Virus record (IMG/VR): IMGVR_UViG_3300008262_000026
Length of the DNA stretch: 64,000 bases
Direction: 5' to 3' (one strand)
Source: a virus
Lineage: Duplodnaviria; Heunggongvirae; Uroviricota; Caudoviricetes
Below are positions 46,065 through 54,846 of the stretch, in pieces. Under the pieces are notes generated by a model. It searched no databases and was not told the origin of the DNA. It saw only the letters and a list, made by a program, of their open reading frames with translations. The position numbers were made by a program, and so were the translations under genes. How positions within the stretch are numbered: the first letter of the stretch is position 1; each line of letters begins with the position of its first letter.

Positions 46065-46490
46065 ATGGTTACTCTGACTTCTAACTATAAGCAATCTCTG
46101 CAACCTGAAACTATAGAGAAGATTGAAAAACTCATTGAAGATTCCTATGATTATGTCCTGGAGGATATTCTGGACTTCATTGATACTCATAGTGAGAGTG
46201 ATTTTATGACCTACTATGAGGAATACTACGATAAAGTAGAAGAATTCGGTATGGATGTTGTAGAAGATTTCATCAGCGAATTCTACATTGATTCTTTGGA
46301 CAGTGTTGGAGAAGCTTATCGTGGAAACTATTACTCTGCGGGTGATTTTGCAGAATCTTATTGTGAAGAAATGGGATACGATATTCCTGATTTCATTGTA
46401 GTTAATTGGGAAGAAACTTTCAGTCGTAATCTATGCTATGATTTCGTTTATACTGAAAGCAATGGTAATGTATTCTGCAAGAATTGGTGA
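46065..46490 (+). CDS. hypothetical acidic protein
   Basis: Plus-strand ORF. Confidence 0.5.
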   Translation: MVTLTSNYKQSLQPETIEKIEKLIEDSYDYVLEDILDFIDTHSESDFMTYYEEYYDKVEEFGMDVVEDFISEFYIDSLDSVGEAYRGNYYSAGDFAESYCEEMGYDIPDFIVVNWEETFSRNLCYDFVYTESNGNVFCKNW

Positions 46491-46494
46491 GTAT

Positions 46495-46529
46495 AACTGG
46501 GCCCGCGAAAGTGCATCAGTAGTATGACG
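46495..46529 (+). promoter_or_regulatory. motif B copy 13
   Basis: Contains the start codon of ligase 46524. Confidence 0.6.
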
Positions 46530-47450
46530 ACCAAACAAATGCAAAACATTCATATTGACCATCCAGAAGATTGTATCCTGACGGGCAATCTGTCGGTTCT
46601 TGATTGGTTTTATGATGCTGATTCTAGCATCAGTGTGAAACTTGATGGTGCCCCGGCATTAGTGTGGGGAACTAACCCGCAGAATGGTAAGTTTTTTGTC
46701 TGCACGAAAGCAGCATTTAACAAGCAAAAGATTCGCCTTTGCTATAATGAAGATGATGTTTTCCAGCACTTTGGTCATCAGCATCGCGTAGCACAAATCC
46801 TCATTTTCTGCCTGGACTTCCTGCCTCGCACTAAACAAGTGCTGCAAGGTGATTGGATTGGTTTTGGTAAGGGTTTGGATACCTTTACTCCCAACACGAT
46901 TACCTATAAGTTTCCTGAGGTAATTCGTCAAGAGATTATCATTGCTCCGCACACGATTTACAGTGGTGCTGATGATATTCGTGAGATGACTGCTGCTCCT
47001 CTGACTAGCAAACTCATCAGCACTAAGGATTGTCTTTTCGTGCAACCTGAGGTGTCGCTGAATCCTCATCGTGAAGATTTGGAAGAGGTGTGTAACTTTG
47101 CTAGGCAAATGAGTACGCTGTGTGAGTTTGTGAGCGAAAAGAAAGCATCACAAATCAAAAAAGAGATTAACGCTTGCATCCGTGAGCAAAGGGACGTTTG
47201 TGAGTATGAAATCGCAGAAAAATGCGATTGTGATAAGAACCTGATTCGTTTGTGGAAACTGGTTGCATCTATCAAGATGGATTTGTTCCTGTTCATTGAT
47301 AGTAGCACGGACATTCGCTGCGAGATTGAAGGTAAGTTCAGCGACCACGAAGGTTATGTTATCGTGAATCAATTTGGAATGATGAAAGTGGTTGACCGTG
47401 AGACTTTCTCTTGTGCAAACTTTACGATTGCAAAAAACTGGGCAAAGTGA
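46524..47450 (+). CDS. ATP-dependent polynucleotide ligase family protein (Rnl1-like, second ligase)
   Basis: Motif I VKLDGAP, motif IV DHEGYVIV, motif V MMKVVDR. Start inside motif B copy. Confidence 0.5.
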   Translation: MTTKQMQNIHIDHPEDCILTGNLSVLDWFYDADSSISVKLDGAPALVWGTNPQNGKFFVCTKAAFNKQKIRLCYNEDDVFQHFGHQHRVAQILIFCLDFLPRTKQVLQGDWIGFGKGLDTFTPNTITYKFPEVIRQEIIIAPHTIYSGADDIREMTAAPLTSKLISTKDCLFVQPEVSLNPHREDLEEVCNFARQMSTLCEFVSEKKASQIKKEINACIREQRDVCEYEIAEKCDCDKNLIRLWKLVASIKMDLFLFIDSSTDIRCEIEGKFSDHEGYVIVNQFGMMKVVDRETFSCANFTIAKNWAK

Positions 47451-47454
47451 CTAT

Positions 47455-47489
47455 AACTGGGCCCGTGAAAGTGCATCAGTAGTATGAGC
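47455..47489 (+). promoter_or_regulatory. motif B copy 14
   Basis: Contains start of 47484. Confidence 0.6.
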
Positions 47490-47807
47490 AACACCGTTAC
47501 GATGGACCTTTCCACTGTAGACCAGCAAATCCGCATCCTTGATTCACTCAATGAGATTGCGTATATGAAGGTGAGTTCTTCTAATCTTGGTGGGACTACT
47601 TCATACTTCCTGCATATCTCACTGGACAAAAAAGAGGACTGGGTGAATAACATTTTTCACAACAGTCGCTATGCTATTTTTGCACTTCAATCCGGTAAGA
47701 TTGAACTGATTGCGAAACACTATCAAATGCCTAAGTTTCGTAAGTGCAATATCAAATCTGCTGCCCAAGTTGCGGAAAAGATTGCATCCTACTGCATTAA
47801 CAACTGA
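47484..47807 (+). CDS. hypothetical protein
   Basis: Starts in motif B. Confidence 0.45.
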   Translation: MSNTVTMDLSTVDQQIRILDSLNEIAYMKVSSSNLGGTTSYFLHISLDKKEDWVNNIFHNSRYAIFALQSGKIELIAKHYQMPKFRKCNIKSAAQVAEKIASYCINN

Positions 47808-47812
47808 TTATT

Positions 47813-48037
47813 ATGACTGACGCACAAAAGATTGAGTTTATTGTTAAGTTGCTGCAAGAGACAGCAAATAAAACTCACTGCAAAGATGGTGACGATTATG
47901 AAGATTATGACTCTGCGGATGAATGGTACAATCCAGCAGATAATGGTAATTTTGATGATGCTTTTGCAGATGGAGAAATCTGTGGAGAAATAGAATATGC
48001 CCGTACTATTCTTGCAAAGATTCAAGAACTGAACTAA
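47813..48037 (+). CDS. hypothetical acidic protein
   Basis: Plus-strand ORF. Confidence 0.45.
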   Translation: MTDAQKIEFIVKLLQETANKTHCKDGDDYEDYDSADEWYNPADNGNFDDAFADGEICGEIEYARTILAKIQELN

Positions 48038-48067
48038 CAACTGATTCACACTTAGCATTGAACACAA

Positions 48068-48391
48068 ATGACTAATCAAGGCAAACAATGTGAAAGGTGT
48101 GGTAAAGGCACCTACGAAATCGCTGACTTGAATGATGAAATTCACGGTGAACTTCATTGTAACAACTGCGGGCACTTTAGTAAACTTAATTCTACACCCA
48201 AAACGAAAGAAATCAAGTCCGTCATTGTAACACGTTCCATTGAGTATTCTCCCGAAGCATATCTTGAATGTTGCAAAGAAGATGATGAAGAACCCACACA
48301 AGAAGGTTTCATTGAATTCATCCAAGATTGGATTTATGATGACTTTAGGTGTGGTAACACTGCACAAGAAATCACCACTCTGAACTACTAA
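48068..48391 (+). CDS. hypothetical zinc-ribbon protein
   Basis: CERCGKG...CNNCGHF. Confidence 0.45.
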   Translation: MTNQGKQCERCGKGTYEIADLNDEIHGELHCNNCGHFSKLNSTPKTKEIKSVIVTRSIEYSPEAYLECCKEDDEEPTQEGFIEFIQDWIYDDFRCGNTAQEITTLNY

Positions 48392-48579
48392 TGGAAACTG
48401 CATTCGTCACGCCTAAGTCTAAGAAAGCAAAGAACAGGTTTGCTAATCTTATGGAGTCAAATCCTGAATGTTTCGTAGAACAAGACAAGGGAAATCGTTT
48501 CTTTCTGTGTTCTGCAAATAGCAAATACTTTTTCTGGGTTGACCTGAACAATGACCCAAATTGGCAAGTGGAGTTCTGA
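48391..48579 (+). CDS. hypothetical protein
   Basis: Plus-strand ORF. Confidence 0.4.
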   Translation: METAFVTPKSKKAKNRFANLMESNPECFVEQDKGNRFFLCSANSKYFFWVDLNNDPNWQVEF

Positions 48580-48731
48580 ATCAAAATGAATATGACACCC
48601 AAACTGTATGTTTTCGGCAACTATGATACAGGTGAAATGGTATCAGTAACCGCATCTTGTCTCACTGCCGCAACTGCAAAACTTCGTGATGATTATGAAT
48701 ATCACAACTTCTACGTTGAGTCACTGACTAC

Positions 48732-48766
48732 AACTGGGCCCGTGAAAGTGCATCAGTAGTATGACC
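48732..48766 (+). promoter_or_regulatory. motif B copy 15
   Basis: Contains start of 48761. The upstream ORF reads into the motif and stops at its TGA. Confidence 0.6.
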
Positions 48767-49102
48767 CCCAATCGCTTTCCAATGAACTTCAACGACATTC
48801 ACGATAGCATCAATCTTGCGTCCAAACTTGCCAAGGACAACTATGATGCTCGCAACGGTATCATTGACCGTCTGAATGAGACTGTTGTTGTTGATGTTCG
48901 TTCCCGTGCATCATATATTGCTGGTGAATGTTCGTACTATTTTCCGCTGCACAATCAGAACGGCGATAAGATTAACGAGGTCAAACTCTATTGTCGTTGT
49001 TCTCCCACTGTCAAAGGAGGAATTCGTTATTCCTATAAATTGAATGGTAAGGTCATTCCTCGTCATAAAATTGCCCAACGAATGAGTGATTTGGGAGTCT
49101 AA
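48761..49102 (+). CDS. hypothetical protein
   Basis: Starts in motif B. Confidence 0.45.
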   Translation: MTPNRFPMNFNDIHDSINLASKLAKDNYDARNGIIDRLNETVVVDVRSRASYIAGECSYYFPLHNQNGDKINEVKLYCRCSPTVKGGIRYSYKLNGKVIPRHKIAQRMSDLGV

Positions 49103-49256
49103 AACTTCTATGTCAAATGAACACTCACACCTCCTACTCAATGCCTAGTTTTTCAACCAGAGTTCTTGCCTTTCTGAATACTCTTACTGATGAACAGTTA
49201 GATGATTTCAGTGACGATGACATTATGCAACACATTCTAAATCAAGAGGAAAACCA

Positions 49257-49565
49257 GTGAAAAAGTATCAAGAACTGGAACAAAAGATTCGTGAACTTCA
49301 ACAAGAAGTAAATCGCCTGAAAGAAGAAGAAAAAGAGAACAAGATTCCTGATCTTTTTAATCTTGAACCCACACTTGAAGTTCTAAAGAATCCAAGGAAG
49401 AATTATGGTCGGTTGATTTTATCTTTTGAATGGGTTCTTACTCCTCAAGGTCATACGCATTGGGGAAACCTTTGCAGCGGAAACAAACCACTGACCGACC
49501 AGGATATTATTCAACTTCAAAAGTGGGTGATTCTTTACTATCAACAACAACAGAAATCCAAATGA
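49257..49565 (+). CDS. hypothetical coiled-coil protein (tandem paralog 1)
   Basis: MKKYQELEQKIRELQQEV...DQDIIQLQKWVILYYQQ. Confidence 0.5.
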   Translation: MKKYQELEQKIRELQQEVNRLKEEEKENKIPDLFNLEPTLEVLKNPRKNYGRLILSFEWVLTPQGHTHWGNLCSGNKPLTDQDIIQLQKWVILYYQQQQKSK

Positions 49566-49855
49566 AAAAGTATCAACAACTAGAAGAGAAAATCAAAGAA
49601 CTTCAACAAGAAGTAGAGCGTCTGAAAGAAGAAGAAAAAGAGAATAAACTTCCTGATTATTTCAAGATTGAAAAAGTTCTTGAGTTTCTAGAAGATACCA
49701 GTAAAGTTTGGTTGATTGATGAATGTTTTACTTGGGAATCTACTCCTCAAGGTGATGACTACTGGTGCGAACTTAGTGAGGAACTACGCCCAGTGAATGA
49801 CCAGGATATTATTCAACTCCAGAAGTGGGTGATTCTGTATTATCAACAGAACTGA
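49564..49855 (+). CDS. hypothetical coiled-coil protein (tandem paralog 2)
   Basis: MKKYQQLEEKIKELQQEV...DQDIIQLQKWVILYYQQN. The track's 49430 start is a read-through extension. Confidence 0.5.
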
Positions 49856-49861
49856 AAATGA

Positions 49862-49975
49862 GGAAGAAGTTTGCCTCAATTCACAAACAAAAGTGACTTC
49901 GTAGAGTGTGAATAATTCAATAGGATAGGTGATTGGGTGTATGAAGCAAGGACTGGTAATCCTTGCTTTTTTTAT
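49862..49975 (+). ncRNA. conserved ~115-nt non-coding element copy 2 (candidate sRNA)
   Basis: GGAAGAAGTTTGCCTCAATTCACAAACAAAAGTGACTTCGTAGAGTGTGAATAATTC...GCAAGGACTGGTAATCCTTGCTTTTTTT. Stem covaries with copy 1 and the loop is identical. Confidence 0.4.
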
Positions 49976-50289
49976 TGCTTATGAAAGATAAAAGGTATTA
50001 AAAACAATTAAAAAGCCATTTTTAAATATAAACGTGTAATTAAGCTGTGTGATACTTATTATGATTAAAGGGTGATTTTGATAAGAATTCGTATCAAATA
50101 GGGTTGGTCATTTAATACACTCAGAACCCTTAATAATCCATTTAAATCCTTCTAGACCCCTTAGTATTCTCATTTAAATCCAGCCAGGTCTTGTGATCTT
50201 AGCGAGCGTACCATAAGAAACGCAATTTGTCAAGGGATAACCACCGCCGCGAGATTTTGAAATCCTCATAAGGGACTCACAAAAGTATC

Positions 50290-50300
50290 AGAGGTGCTTA
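50290..50300 (+). promoter_or_regulatory. T4-type late promoter box TATAAATA
   Basis: CTTATAAATACTCC upstream of ORF 50317. Confidence 0.35.
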
Positions 50301-50316
50301 TAAATACTCCACGAAC

Positions 50317-50547
50317 TTGACAGAATCCTCAAGTTGTCGTACAGTAGCTACACGCACTAATTGGAGCAAAGTTCAGATGGTTTCGTCTTACGCACTGGCA
50401 CAAAAGAAGAAAGTTCGTGTAACCCTGGAACTCAATGTGTTTCAGGATTTTGATGCAAAACAGATTGATTTTGAAAAACTGTTTGAATTGGAACCTGCCG
50501 AAAGTGTGCAGGTCTACGTTGAGGATTTCTCTGAGAATCCTTGGTGA
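50317..50547 (+). CDS. hypothetical protein
   Basis: Preceded by exact TATAAATA at about 50293. Start may be the internal MVSSYA. Confidence 0.4.
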   Translation: MTESSSCRTVATRTNWSKVQMVSSYALAQKKKVRVTLELNVFQDFDAKQIDFEKLFELEPAESVQVYVEDFSENPW

Positions 50548-50558
50548 TTTCTATAACG

Positions 50559-50636
50559 CTCTGAGACCCCTGTAGAATCGCCTACAAGGGGCATCTGAAC
50601 CCTTGGATATACTTTGGGATACCCAAGGGTTTTTTA
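50559..50636 (+). terminator. two consecutive hairpins (GACCCCTGTAG.../...CTACAAGGGG and CCCTTGGATAT...ATACCCAAGGG + T6)
   Basis: Second hairpin is followed by TTTTTT. The first shares the GACCCCTGTA arm with the 37516 hairpin. Confidence 0.5.
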
Positions 50637-50665
50637 TATGAAATGAAGAGTTCCAGAGTGACTAC

Positions 50666-50700
50666 AACTGGGCCCGTGAAAGTGCATCAGTAGTATGAAC
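50666..50700 (+). promoter_or_regulatory. motif B copy 16
   Basis: Contains start of 50695. Confidence 0.6.
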
Positions 50701-51105
50701 ACTCCCCAAACCACGATGGAGATTCTTCAATATACTCAAGCACTCTGCGAATCGCTTGAGGTTGATTATCGTCTCTACTGTACAAGGTCTCACCGTCATT
50801 GTGTTGAGCGCAATCAAGATGCACACTATCACAATAAGTGTCTGCAGGAGATTGCGAATGGTACTTATACCTTCACCACTACCTTTGAGATAGTTGAAGG
50901 TCGCAAGTATTACAAGGTTGTGATGCTTACTTCTGGGAATCGGAGTGTTCATTGCTTTGTGAACAAGACGACTGGTGATGTATTGAAATCTGCCTCCTGG
51001 AATGCACCTGCAAAGGGAGTCAGATACAATCTTCTGAATAAAGAATCGCGGGAGAATTGCTACCGCTATGCAGACTGGAGTGGTCGCTATCTTTACCTTC
51101 GTTGA
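50695..51105 (+). CDS. hypothetical protein
   Basis: Starts in motif B. Confidence 0.5.
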   Translation: MNTPQTTMEILQYTQALCESLEVDYRLYCTRSHRHCVERNQDAHYHNKCLQEIANGTYTFTTTFEIVEGRKYYKVVMLTSGNRSVHCFVNKTTGDVLKSASWNAPAKGVRYNLLNKESRENCYRYADWSGRYLYLR

Positions 51106-51145
51106 GTTCATCTTTCTTTTCAATTCACCTTACTTGATTAAAACA

Positions 51146-51469
51146 ATGTTTGAACAATCCTTCCCCCCTGCTGATGCTATGGTCAATCAACTCTCCAAGA
51201 TTGAGTATAAGAAGCATTGGCAACAGTTTGTGACATTTACTCTGACTGTGTTTGCTATTGTAACTGTTCTGGCACAAGATGCATACAAGCGTGTGACTGA
51301 ATGGTATCAGAATGGCGGCAAAGAGCAACTGATTTCTTATGCTCACCGTTCCGCACTGTTTATCAATAAGCATACAGGTCTTGGTAATAAGTTCTATGCT
51401 GCACTGGTTTCTGTACATAATCGGATTGAACTTTCCGCGCATCAGGTAGATGATGCTTTGAGTGCCTGA
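51146..51469 (+). CDS. hypothetical protein
   Basis: Start trimmed. Confidence 0.4.
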   Translation: MFEQSFPPADAMVNQLSKIEYKKHWQQFVTFTLTVFAIVTVLAQDAYKRVTEWYQNGGKEQLISYAHRSALFINKHTGLGNKFYAALVSVHNRIELSAHQVDDALSA

Positions 51470-51491
51470 GTATAACTTATTCTTCACAATC

Positions 51492-51662
51492 ATGACTGAA
51501 AAAGAAATTCAAATTCGGGCACAAGTTCTTCCTCTGATTGATAGTCTGGCATCCAATTTGTTTGATGATGGACAGGCAATCTATGGGCGCAAGTTGGATA
51601 GAATTCTCATGAAGCTTGAGAGTATTCTAAATGAGACTTCCGACCAGTCTAAACCATTCTGA
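51492..51662 (+). CDS. hypothetical protein
   Basis: Start trimmed to MTEKEIQ. Confidence 0.4.
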   Translation: MTEKEIQIRAQVLPLIDSLASNLFDDGQAIYGRKLDRILMKLESILNETSDQSKPF

Positions 51663-51678
51663 ATGAGTGCCTGAGTTA

Positions 51679-51713
51679 AACTGGGCCCCTCAAACTGCAT
51701 CAGTAGTATAAGC
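51679..51713 (+). promoter_or_regulatory. motif B copy 17 (TATAAGC variant)
   Basis: Variant copy. Confidence 0.6.
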
Positions 51714-51897
51714 ACAACCGACACAAACAAATGGCAACCCTGAGCACTGAAAAGACCTATACTCTGATTCTTTCTGAGGATGAAATTCGGATGATTTTCT
51801 CTTCGGTTGAGAATGCTCTGGAGTCCAATCTGTTCTCTATGCAATATGAAAAGATTGCCAAGGATTTTGCAGAGGAAATTGCCCCTGAACTGATCTG

Positions 51898-51932
51898 AAC
51901 TGGGCCCCTTAAAGTGCATCAGTAGTATAAGC
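51898..51932 (+). promoter_or_regulatory. motif B copy 18 (TATAAGC variant)
   Basis: Variant copy. Confidence 0.6.
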
Positions 51933-51956
51933 ACAACCCCATCGCTACTTTCCCCA

Positions 51957-52268
51957 ATGCGTAAGATTGAAACCCTGATGAACTCTGCCATTCAGAATGA
52001 GCAGAACTGGTCTCAAGATAACACCACTGTTACTACTCTGAATGGTGTATCTTCTGTCCGTCTGCATGGCAATCTGATTGCTGATATTGGTGATACCTGG
52101 ATTCGTCTTTTTGACGGTGGGTATAAATCTAAAACCACCAAAAGCCGACTGAATGCTATTCTTGCAGTTCACGGCAATGGTGATAAAGTTTACCAGAAGA
52201 ACTTCAACTGGTACGTTGAAACTAACGGCACTGAAGTTCCCTTCTCCAATGGTCTCACTCTTCGCTGA
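51957..52268 (+). CDS. hypothetical protein
   Basis: Downstream of motif B 51898..51932. Confidence 0.45.
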   Translation: MRKIETLMNSAIQNEQNWSQDNTTVTTLNGVSSVRLHGNLIADIGDTWIRLFDGGYKSKTTKSRLNAILAVHGNGDKVYQKNFNWYVETNGTEVPFSNGLTLR

Positions 52269-52276
52269 GTGACTAC

Positions 52277-52311
52277 AACTGGGCCCCTCAAAGTGCATCA
52301 GTAGTATGAAC
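52277..52311 (+). promoter_or_regulatory. motif B copy 19
   Basis: Contains start of 52306. Confidence 0.6.
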
Positions 52312-52542
52312 ACCGATTCTCAAATGAACTTCGATTTCGTTAAGTCTGCCTCCGCTGCTGGTCTTAATCACCAGTGGAATCTTGTCTCTCATTATGTACT
52401 GCACAAGTCCAACTATCCCGGAATGACTGTTAGCGAAACCATCGCGTTCCGTGATGCACTTAAGGTTGAACTTGACGACCGTTGGGAGAATGGAGACAAG
52501 CAAGCTTTTGAGGAAATGATTGCACGAACCTTCGGTCGCTGA
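52306..52542 (+). CDS. hypothetical protein
   Basis: Starts in motif B. Confidence 0.45.
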   Translation: MNTDSQMNFDFVKSASAAGLNHQWNLVSHYVLHKSNYPGMTVSETIAFRDALKVELDDRWENGDKQAFEEMIARTFGR

Positions 52543-52546
52543 GTGA

Positions 52547-52580
52547 AACTGGGCCCGTCAAACTGCATCTATAGTGTAGG
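52547..52580 (+). promoter_or_regulatory. motif B copy 20 (CTATAGTGTAGG variant)
   Basis: Variant copy. Confidence 0.55.
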
Positions 52581-52617
52581 GGCACAATTCCCACCACAAT
52601 TCTTTACTCTAACTCTC

Positions 52618-52830
52618 ATGTTTGATTTTGATCAGTTTCTCAAGGATCTTCTCTCTGAAGGTTTTGTCTGGTCTGATGATTATCTGGTCAAGAAAGATAA
52701 CAACGGTGTCGTTCATACCTATACTCCCAACGAGAATGATTGTTCCTATTTGCATCAACAATTCCGTTGCATTGTAGGTGTAGGAAATGAGTTGATCGGT
52801 AGCAATCGCATTGTCTGCACTTTCTCCTGA
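52618..52830 (+). CDS. hypothetical protein
   Basis: ATG start chosen over the track's GTG lying inside motif B. Confidence 0.4.
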   Translation: MFDFDQFLKDLLSEGFVWSDDYLVKKDNNGVVHTYTPNENDCSYLHQQFRCIVGVGNELIGSNRIVCTFS

Positions 52831-52864
52831 TTCCTTTACACTTACTCCAGGGGTTCTAAGACAT

Positions 52865-52899
52865 AACTGGGCCCCCGAAAGTGCATCAGTAGTATAAGG
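52865..52899 (+). promoter_or_regulatory. motif B copy 21
   Basis: TATAAGG variant. Confidence 0.6.
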
Positions 52900-52914
52900 A
52901 CAAACGAAACCAAG

Positions 52915-53106
52915 ATGATCACCGAATCCTACATCTCTGCTCTCTACTGGTTCGCCTACAGTGTTGTTAACCTTGCAGAGCAGTTTAACATTAAGCACTC
53001 AATGGGTGACTGGTTCAACTTCGAAATCGGTGCAGATGTGTTTCACGATGATATCTGCCGTGCCCTTGCTGTTGATACTGAATCCAAGCAAGTCTACGGG
53101 TTCTGA
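52915..53106 (+). CDS. hypothetical protein
   Basis: Downstream of motif B. Confidence 0.45.
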   Translation: MITESYISALYWFAYSVVNLAEQFNIKHSMGDWFNFEIGADVFHDDICRALAVDTESKQVYGF

Positions 53107-53148
53107 TACCCAATCCGTTTCCCACTAACTAACACTTTTCTTCCCCCA

Positions 53149-53394
53149 ATGACTAACACCTACCAGACCAATCTGACCGACCGCACCTATAACGGTTGGA
53201 CCAACTATGAGACCTGGAATGTTGCTCTCTGGATTGGCAATGATGAGGGTCTGTATAACCTTGCCCGTGAGTGTGGTGATTATCAAACCTTCCTGAATGA
53301 GGTCGGTGTGGGATACTCTACTCCTGACGGTGTGAAGTTTGCCGATCCGAAAGTTAACGTGATTGAGATTAACTCTGACGTGTTTGATTTCTGA
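53149..53394 (+). CDS. hypothetical protein
   Basis: Plus-strand ORF. Confidence 0.45.
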   Translation: MTNTYQTNLTDRTYNGWTNYETWNVALWIGNDEGLYNLARECGDYQTFLNEVGVGYSTPDGVKFADPKVNVIEINSDVFDF

Positions 53395-53430
53395 GTGGCC
53401 AGTTACACTTAAGAGTTCCCAGTTAACAAC

Positions 53431-53465
53431 AACTGGGCCCGTCAAAGTGCATCAGTAGTATGACG
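53431..53465 (+). promoter_or_regulatory. motif B copy 22
   Basis: Contains start of 53460. Confidence 0.6.
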
Positions 53466-53657
53466 AACGATACCAAGATGACCCAAGAGCAAGCACAAAC
53501 CATCAACAACTTTTTCACGGTTGATGAGTGGGATGCCATCTATTCTGCAATGGGTGATTATGCTAACTACGGTGATGATGAGTCTGACGTTGCTGATAGT
53601 GTCCGCCTGAAGATTGCCAAGTTGGTTGCACTGACTGAGCACAACATTTCCATCTGA
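53460..53657 (+). CDS. hypothetical protein
   Basis: Starts in motif B. Confidence 0.45.
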   Translation: MTNDTKMTQEQAQTINNFFTVDEWDAIYSAMGDYANYGDDESDVADSVRLKIAKLVALTEHNISI

Positions 53658-54248
53658 ATCACACAAACTCTTCGCTCCTTAGTTAACACTCCAATGCACA
53701 ACGTCACTGCCTCTCGTTATACCTTTGATGAGATTGTCCAGCAATGCTTTGATGCTATCAATCGCATTCCCACAGTGAGCACCAGCAGCGACGACAGTTT
53801 CTATAACGAACTCCTGCAATTTGAGGAGTATCGTCATCTTATCGGTCTCGCACAGTAAGCATACACAAGGGGAATGAGATGCGCCCCTATTAAAGACACT
53901 CACACTCCAAACAGTTTCTTACACTTTTCTTCCTATGTCTCGCGACCTTGCTATTGCCATTCTCCGCAGCAATCAAGTTGCCACTGGCACTCAGCTTCTG
54001 GAGGTTCTTGATGTTATCGCATCTGACGTTGCAGAAGCAAATGCCGCACAAGAAACTGACGCTAACTGATACAAACTCTCTGTTCTTTATTCACACTAAC
54101 TGACTTCATTATGACCAAGCAAGTTCTTATCTCTCTGCTTAAGCAAGGTAACACTGGCACTGAGATTCTGTCCATTCTGGATGCAATCGCTGAGGACAAT
54201 TCCACTGAGGGTTACAATAGCGAACCCACTGCAGATGTGATTGCTTTC

Positions 54249-54281
54249 TGATAGTCTGGGGGCAGAGGGTTTGACACTCTC
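54249..54281 (+). repeat. GC-rich hairpin GGGGGCAGAG-ggtttgacac-TCTCTGCCTCC
   Basis: 10-bp stem in otherwise AT-rich DNA. Start of 400-nt non-coding region. Confidence 0.4.
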
Positions 54282-54654
54282 TGCCTCCTTATGTTATGAT
54301 TGGTGATGTAGTGATTCGGCAGTGTTTTATGCCGCGTTCCTTATGCCGCCGCGCGGCGTTAACGCCCCGTATAAGAATTTGGGTCCTTCCTAACCTACAG
54401 AGGTGACAAATCGACCTCTAAATATCGTTCTCTTAAAAATTTTCCGCAAGTACTTGAAGAATGAAAAACGCCCGCAGAAAAACCCCATATTGGAATTTCT
54501 GGAAGGTTGTCTTTGCAGGATGGTTAATTCGCTATCCTGATAAAATTTTCAGATTTATCGGAGTGCCCCTTGGAATTCTGATAGTGATGATATATAATGC
54601 GGTTACGAAATAAAAAAGTAATAAAAAAATTTTCGGAAAAATTTTTGAGACCCT

Positions 54655-54846
54655 ATGGAAAAAATATATCACATATATGCAAAGAATAAGTGCATTTATC
54701 ACTGTTTATCAGAGGATAAATTCTCTGAGACCTGGGAGATGCTGCACAGAATGATTGAGTTTATTGATATGAATATTTCTAAGGAAGATTTGCAGTATGA
54801 GGAAGTTATCACACACAGAGAGGTAATTCTAAATTCCTCTCATTGA
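54655..54846 (+). CDS. hypothetical protein
   Basis: First ORF after the long structured non-coding region. Confidence 0.4.
   Translation: MEKIYHIYAKNKCIYHCLSEDKFSETWEMLHRMIEFIDMNISKEDLQYEEVITHREVILNSSH

Noticed and set aside
47789-48403. 204-aa minus-strand ORF
   Set aside because: Antisense to two + ORFs including a zinc-ribbon protein. F/I/L-rich composition typical of antisense frames.
49430-49855. 141-aa track ORF
   Set aside because: Read-through extension. The true gene starts at 49564 (MKKYQQLEE), a tandem paralog of 49257..49565.
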